Assembly: GCA_963934255.1 (NCBI GenBank)
Contig: CAWVXU010000085.1
Coordinates: 1 to 10,842 of the forward strand
Origin: an uncultured Fibrobacterales bacterium
GTDB lineage: Bacteria; Fibrobacterota; Fibrobacteria; Fibrobacterales; CAWVXU01
Reading direction: 5' to 3'
DNA length: 10,842 nt
Notes under the pieces: generated by a model
The model's database searches: none
Told to the model about the DNA's origin: nothing
Seen by the model: the letters and a program-made list of their open reading frames with translations, nothing else
Shown here: one piece after another, positions 7,629 to 10,842 of the stretch
How the letters are laid out: every line of letters starts with the position of its first letter
Position numbering within the stretch: position 1 is the stretch's first letter
Made by a program: the position numbers and the translations under genes

Positions 7629-9645
7629 TTGGTACCTTTTTAAATTTGACTCTAAATGTTGAGCCTTTAGATAATTCACTCTCAAGAGTGATTTGAGTGT
7701 TGTGAAGTTTGGCTATGCTTTGAGCAATAGCAAGCCCCAAGCCAGAGCCTTTTGTTTTGCGGGTCATTTCATCGCCAACACGATAAAAAAGATCAAAAAT
7801 ATAAGTCTGTTCTTTTTTGGCAATACCAATTCCTTGATCAATTATTTTAACTTCATAATATAAATCAATTTCAGAGACTATGACTTGGACCTTAGTTTCT
7901 CTCGGGCTGTATTTAATTGCATTGTCAATTATGTTTTGTAAGAGTGATTCTAAATATTGAGGGTCGGCCTTAATGATAGCTGAACCAGGGTGTTGAAGTT
8001 CAAAATGAATATTTTTGGTCATGGCAATTGGTGAAACTCTAATGATTATATTGTTGAGAGTATTCATTAAGTTGTGTTCAACTAGGTTTACCTTAATCAC
8101 ACCTTGATCAATCTGGGAGTAATTAAGGATATCATCTACCATAAGTTGTAATCGGTGTGTTTCTTTGTGGATTAACGATCCGTATTCTTGAGTTTTCTCC
8201 AGGGTTTTAATTCTTCCGGTTTGCATCATTTCAGCGAACATTTTAATTGAAGTCAAAGGTGTTTTCAGTTCGTGTGTGATGGAAGATAAAAAGTTTGATT
8301 TCATACCAAGTAGTTTTTGCTCTTTTTTTATTGCTCTTAGAACAAAAGTCGCTCCAATAATTATTAGAATAAAACTGACGAACAATAACCCATATAAAAA
8401 GCCAGATCTTGTGTGAATCATATTTTGTATTTCTGATTCTTGTGGCTTATATAACTTGAGACCATCAAAGGGTGAGTCCTGAGTAAATGGTGTCTCTTTG
8501 TATACGACATTAGAGTAATTAAACTTCTGATCAATTAATAACTTTTCTGCTTGAAATAATTGGAAGGAGTTTTTTTTCCAAGTAGGACGTGTAATATTTA
8601 ATTGCTTAATTACCCAAGGATTTAGTCTATTTAAATCCCAAGTACTTGAAATGATATATTTTTGTCCCTCAAAATTAAATTTATGAAGAAGAAACCATGT
8701 TGAATTTTTCTTTACAGAAAGTGAGTTCGTGCCACTCTTTGAAAGCTGTTTCTTTAATTGTTGTATCTGATTGTAATTTGAATGATAGACTTTAGCATCA
8801 ATAAGAATATTTTTAATGTTTTCATTGAGTGCCCAGAGATTTTTACGTTCATCCTCTTTGAGCTTTTGGTCAGATAGCAGATGTGCATACATTTCTTCTA
8901 GTACATATTGAGCTTGTGATAAATCTACTAACTGATGTTTTTCAAAGATATTTGAGAAACTTTGGTAGCCAATCTGATATGCTTTGGAGAAATCACCAAG
9001 TTTCGTATAAGACTTTAATTCTAATAAATCAATATAGAGAGTAGAGTGCTGGAAGTTTCTATGGTATCTTTTAATTCTTTTAATACACTGAGCGTAACTT
9101 TTCGTTTGATAAAGAAGTTTAATAATTCCTAACTCGTTTAAAACCTGACTTTTTTCAGATAGTTTTTTGTTATAAGATCGCTTCACTCTTAGTTGAAGAT
9201 GCTTTTTTTTAAGATCTGTACGGTGTTGAATGGGAATTAATTTTTGTTCAAATAGTGGTAAATCGCCATTATTGAGTAGATTGTCACTTGAGTCTCTTGT
9301 TGGGTTTAATCTTGGATATATTTTTCCGTTTTTATCCCAAACAACTACACTTTCAAGTCCCGGGAAATCATTTTTTACCACACTTCGGCTCAGGCGAGTA
9401 AGAGTTGTGCCAAGCTGTAATTTTTTGACAGTCAAAATATTCAGATTATTAATGAGTTCTTCATTCATCTTCTGAGTCTCTTCGGTTATCCCATAAAACA
9501 CTTGATCAAGTTGTTCATAATATTGGGTTTCGATGACAATTGCGCTATTTCTTATTGATTTAAAACTGAGAAACCCAAGTAAGAAAATTGGGAATATCAG
9601 GAGTGAAATCAAAAACAAAAATCTTTTGGTTCTCTTGTTTTTCAT
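7621..9645 (-). CDS. Membrane-bound sensor histidine kinase (HisKA + HATPase) with a large periplasmic domain
   Basis: 674 aa. TM1 at about aa 9-28, TM2 at about aa 416-436. H-box FLSSITHELKTPLTSI, N-box QNIIDNAIKYS, G1 DQGIGI, F-box IFDLFYRV, G2 GSGLGLAIA. Confidence 0.95.
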   Translation of the reverse strand: MKNKRTKRFLFLISLLIFPIFLLGFLSFKSIRNSAIVIETQYYEQLDQVFYGITEETQKMNEELINNLNILTVKKLQLGTTLTRLSRSVVKNDFPGLESVVVWDKNGKIYPRLNPTRDSSDNLLNNGDLPLFEQKLIPIQHRTDLKKKHLQLRVKRSYNKKLSEKSQVLNELGIIKLLYQTKSYAQCIKRIKRYHRNFQHSTLYIDLLELKSYTKLGDFSKAYQIGYQSFSNIFEKHQLVDLSQAQYVLEEMYAHLLSDQKLKEDERKNLWALNENIKNILIDAKVYHSNYNQIQQLKKQLSKSGTNSLSVKKNSTWFLLHKFNFEGQKYIISSTWDLNRLNPWVIKQLNITRPTWKKNSFQLFQAEKLLIDQKFNYSNVVYKETPFTQDSPFDGLKLYKPQESEIQNMIHTRSGFLYGLLFVSFILIIIGATFVLRAIKKEQKLLGMKSNFLSSITHELKTPLTSIKMFAEMMQTGRIKTLEKTQEYGSLIHKETHRLQLMVDDILNYSQIDQGVIKVNLVEHNLMNTLNNIIIRVSPIAMTKNIHFELQHPGSAIIKADPQYLESLLQNIIDNAIKYSPRETKVQVIVSEIDLYYEVKIIDQGIGIAKKEQTYIFDLFYRVGDEMTRKTKGSGLGLAIAQSIAKLHNTQITLESELSKGSTFRVKFKKVPNA

Positions 9646-9655
9646 GCTTTATAAA

Positions 9656-9673
9656 TACAAAATTCTTACAAAA
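9656..9673 (-). promoter_or_regulatory. Direct repeat TTTTGTA-N4-TTTTGTA (11-bp period), candidate OmpR-family operator
   Basis: tacaaaa occurs at 9656-9662 and 9667-9673 on the + strand, 10 nt upstream of the kinase ATG. Confidence 0.35.
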
Positions 9674-9693
9674 AAGGGAGCATTTAGCTCCCT
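9670..9693 (-). terminator. Rho-independent terminator of the LysM gene
   Basis: The minus strand reads AGGGAGC-TAAAT-GCTCCCT-TTTTT: a perfect 7-bp stem, 5-nt loop and U-tract, starting 25 nt after the TAG at 9719-9721. Confidence 0.8.
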
Positions 9694-9718
9694 CAGTTGC
9701 GTTTTTTGGTTTATGTGC

Positions 9719-10842
9719 CTAGTTTACAGTGGCATCTAAAATCTTGTATTTGGCACGATGTGTTAAGCTGACATAGTCGCCATCAGATGGGTTTCTATTG
9801 TAATCAATTTGTGATAGAACCATAATAGTCGATGTTGAGGGGCCAGTCCAAGTGATAATCCCTTGAGCGATAAGGCGAGGGGGGATGCTATAATTAGGGT
9901 TTTTGTCACGATTCCAAATAGCCACTGCATCACCCACATTGTAAGCATCTTTAAGCCCTTTATTCACACTGATGTAGCTAAAGTTTGCTGTAAACTTAGA
10001 TGGAGTGTAGCGCTTGACGATACGGGACATTTTGTCCACAGAAGTTTTTTCTACTGGAGTATAGTTCATTACCTCGATAGAGTTTGACTTAGTACGCTTG
10101 ATAGCACGTGCCAATCTCAAGAGCATTTTACCTGTGATTTCTTCAACAAATACTCTTGCTGATTGTTCAGATATCTCTTTGATTACGGCAAAGCCACCAT
10201 AAATATATTGATGATATTGTTTTTGTTTCAGCTCTTCTCCAATGGATGTGTAACCTTCTGGAGTTGAAAATAAATCAAGTGTATCACCTAATTTTAAATT
10301 GTCTTTTATCCCGAGGTTAACAATTACCAAGGATTTGGGGGCAATAAGAAGAGTAGCCGCTTTGTTATCACTATAAATCCGAACTTCACTTGGGAATGTT
10401 CGGCTTTCACTAAATGGTAAGACTAGCTTAGGTGAGAGTCTTTGCATATTAATATTTAAAGTTTGGTAAGTTTTAATAGAGTCAAGAGTCAATTGACTCT
10501 CGTTTAATTTTTTATAATCACTTGAATCGGCTAGCTTTAGGCCTTTGAGTTTGTCATAGAAATCAGACTTTAAATTTTGATTTGAGTGTTCACCTACATA
10601 GTTAACACCATTGATATCGTCAGTTTGATGAGTACCGTTAGAATTTTGACCATTCATTTGATAGATTTTTTGATTAAATCCATCTTGACTACCATCAATT
10701 TTTATCTGATTACCCGGATAAATAAGGTGTGGATCTACAATTTGTGGATTTGCTTCCCAAACTACTGGCCAGGCAAATGGATCACCCAGTTTATCAGCAC
10801 TGATATCCCAAAGTGTATCACCTTCTTCGACTACATAGGCGC
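9719..10842 (-). CDS. LysM peptidoglycan-binding protein, TsaP-like; 5' end lies beyond the window
   Basis: The frame of track ORF 9719..10657 stays open to the right edge and reads AYVVEEGDTLWDISADKLGDPFAWPVVWEANPQIVDPHLIYPGNQIKI, a classic LysM of the TsaP type. The C-terminal part has two beta-rich repeats (VIVNLGIKDNLKLGDTLDLF; ISVNKGLKDAYNVGDAVAIW) resembling FlgT-C-like domains. Confidence 0.85.
   Translation of the reverse strand, partial: AYVVEEGDTLWDISADKLGDPFAWPVVWEANPQIVDPHLIYPGNQIKIDGSQDGFNQKIYQMNGQNSNGTHQTDDINGVNYVGEHSNQNLKSDFYDKLKGLKLADSSDYKKLNESQLTLDSIKTYQTLNINMQRLSPKLVLPFSESRTFPSEVRIYSDNKAATLLIAPKSLVIVNLGIKDNLKLGDTLDLFSTPEGYTSIGEELKQKQYHQYIYGGFAVIKEISEQSARVFVEEITGKMLLRLARAIKRTKSNSIEVMNYTPVEKTSVDKMSRIVKRYTPSKFTANFSYISVNKGLKDAYNVGDAVAIWNRDKNPNYSIPPRLIAQGIITWTGPSTSTIMVLSQIDYNRNPSDGDYVSLTHRAKYKILDATVN

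Noticed and set aside
7629..7685. 19-aa N-terminal extension of the response regulator (track start, TTG 7685)
   Set aside because: It lies inside the kinase 3' end. ATG 7628 gives a canonical receiver start with an upstream purine-rich site.
9230..9739. ORFs 9230-9475 and 9533-9739 on the + strand
   Set aside because: Antisense to the kinase. The second also crosses the terminator region. The hydrophobic look reflects AT bias.
9763..10087. ORFs 9763-9948 (-, alternative frame) and 9863-10087 (+)
   Set aside because: Both are nested in the LysM gene with no independent support.
10655..10657. Track start of the last ORF
   Set aside because: This is an internal Met. The frame is open upstream and encodes the LysM domain.
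1..10842. CRISPR arrays, tRNA/rRNA, IS elements, phage or defence genes
   Set aside because: No repeat-spacer pattern, RNA-gene signature, or transposase, integrase or nuclease motif was seen. The window is almost entirely coding.

Overview
AT-rich (roughly one-third GC by eye) bacterial chromosomal window of cell-envelope and signalling genes from a diderm organism. No mobile element, CRISPR array or RNA gene was seen. Left to right: (1) the 5' part of an MMPL/RND-family transporter on the - strand, missed by the ORF track; (2) a divergent, tightly coupled + strand operon of an Omp85 (BamA/TamA-superfamily) beta-barrel with no obvious POTRA domain, a Methyltransf_16-type SAM methyltransferase, a DPM1-like GT2 glycosyltransferase and a DUF368 (PopT-type) polyprenyl-phosphate translocase; (3) a convergent - strand operon of a sensor histidine kinase, an OmpR-family response regulator and a secreted tandem PQQ-like beta-propeller protein; (4) a TsaP-like LysM protein running off the right edge, followed by an intrinsic terminator. 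The most interesting points are the head-to-head overlap of the MMPL and Omp85 genes, a possible uncharacterised lipid/glycolipid modification-and-export module, and an 11-bp-period direct repeat just upstream of the kinase. All family calls come from motif recognition, not database searches. The system-level interpretations are hypotheses.
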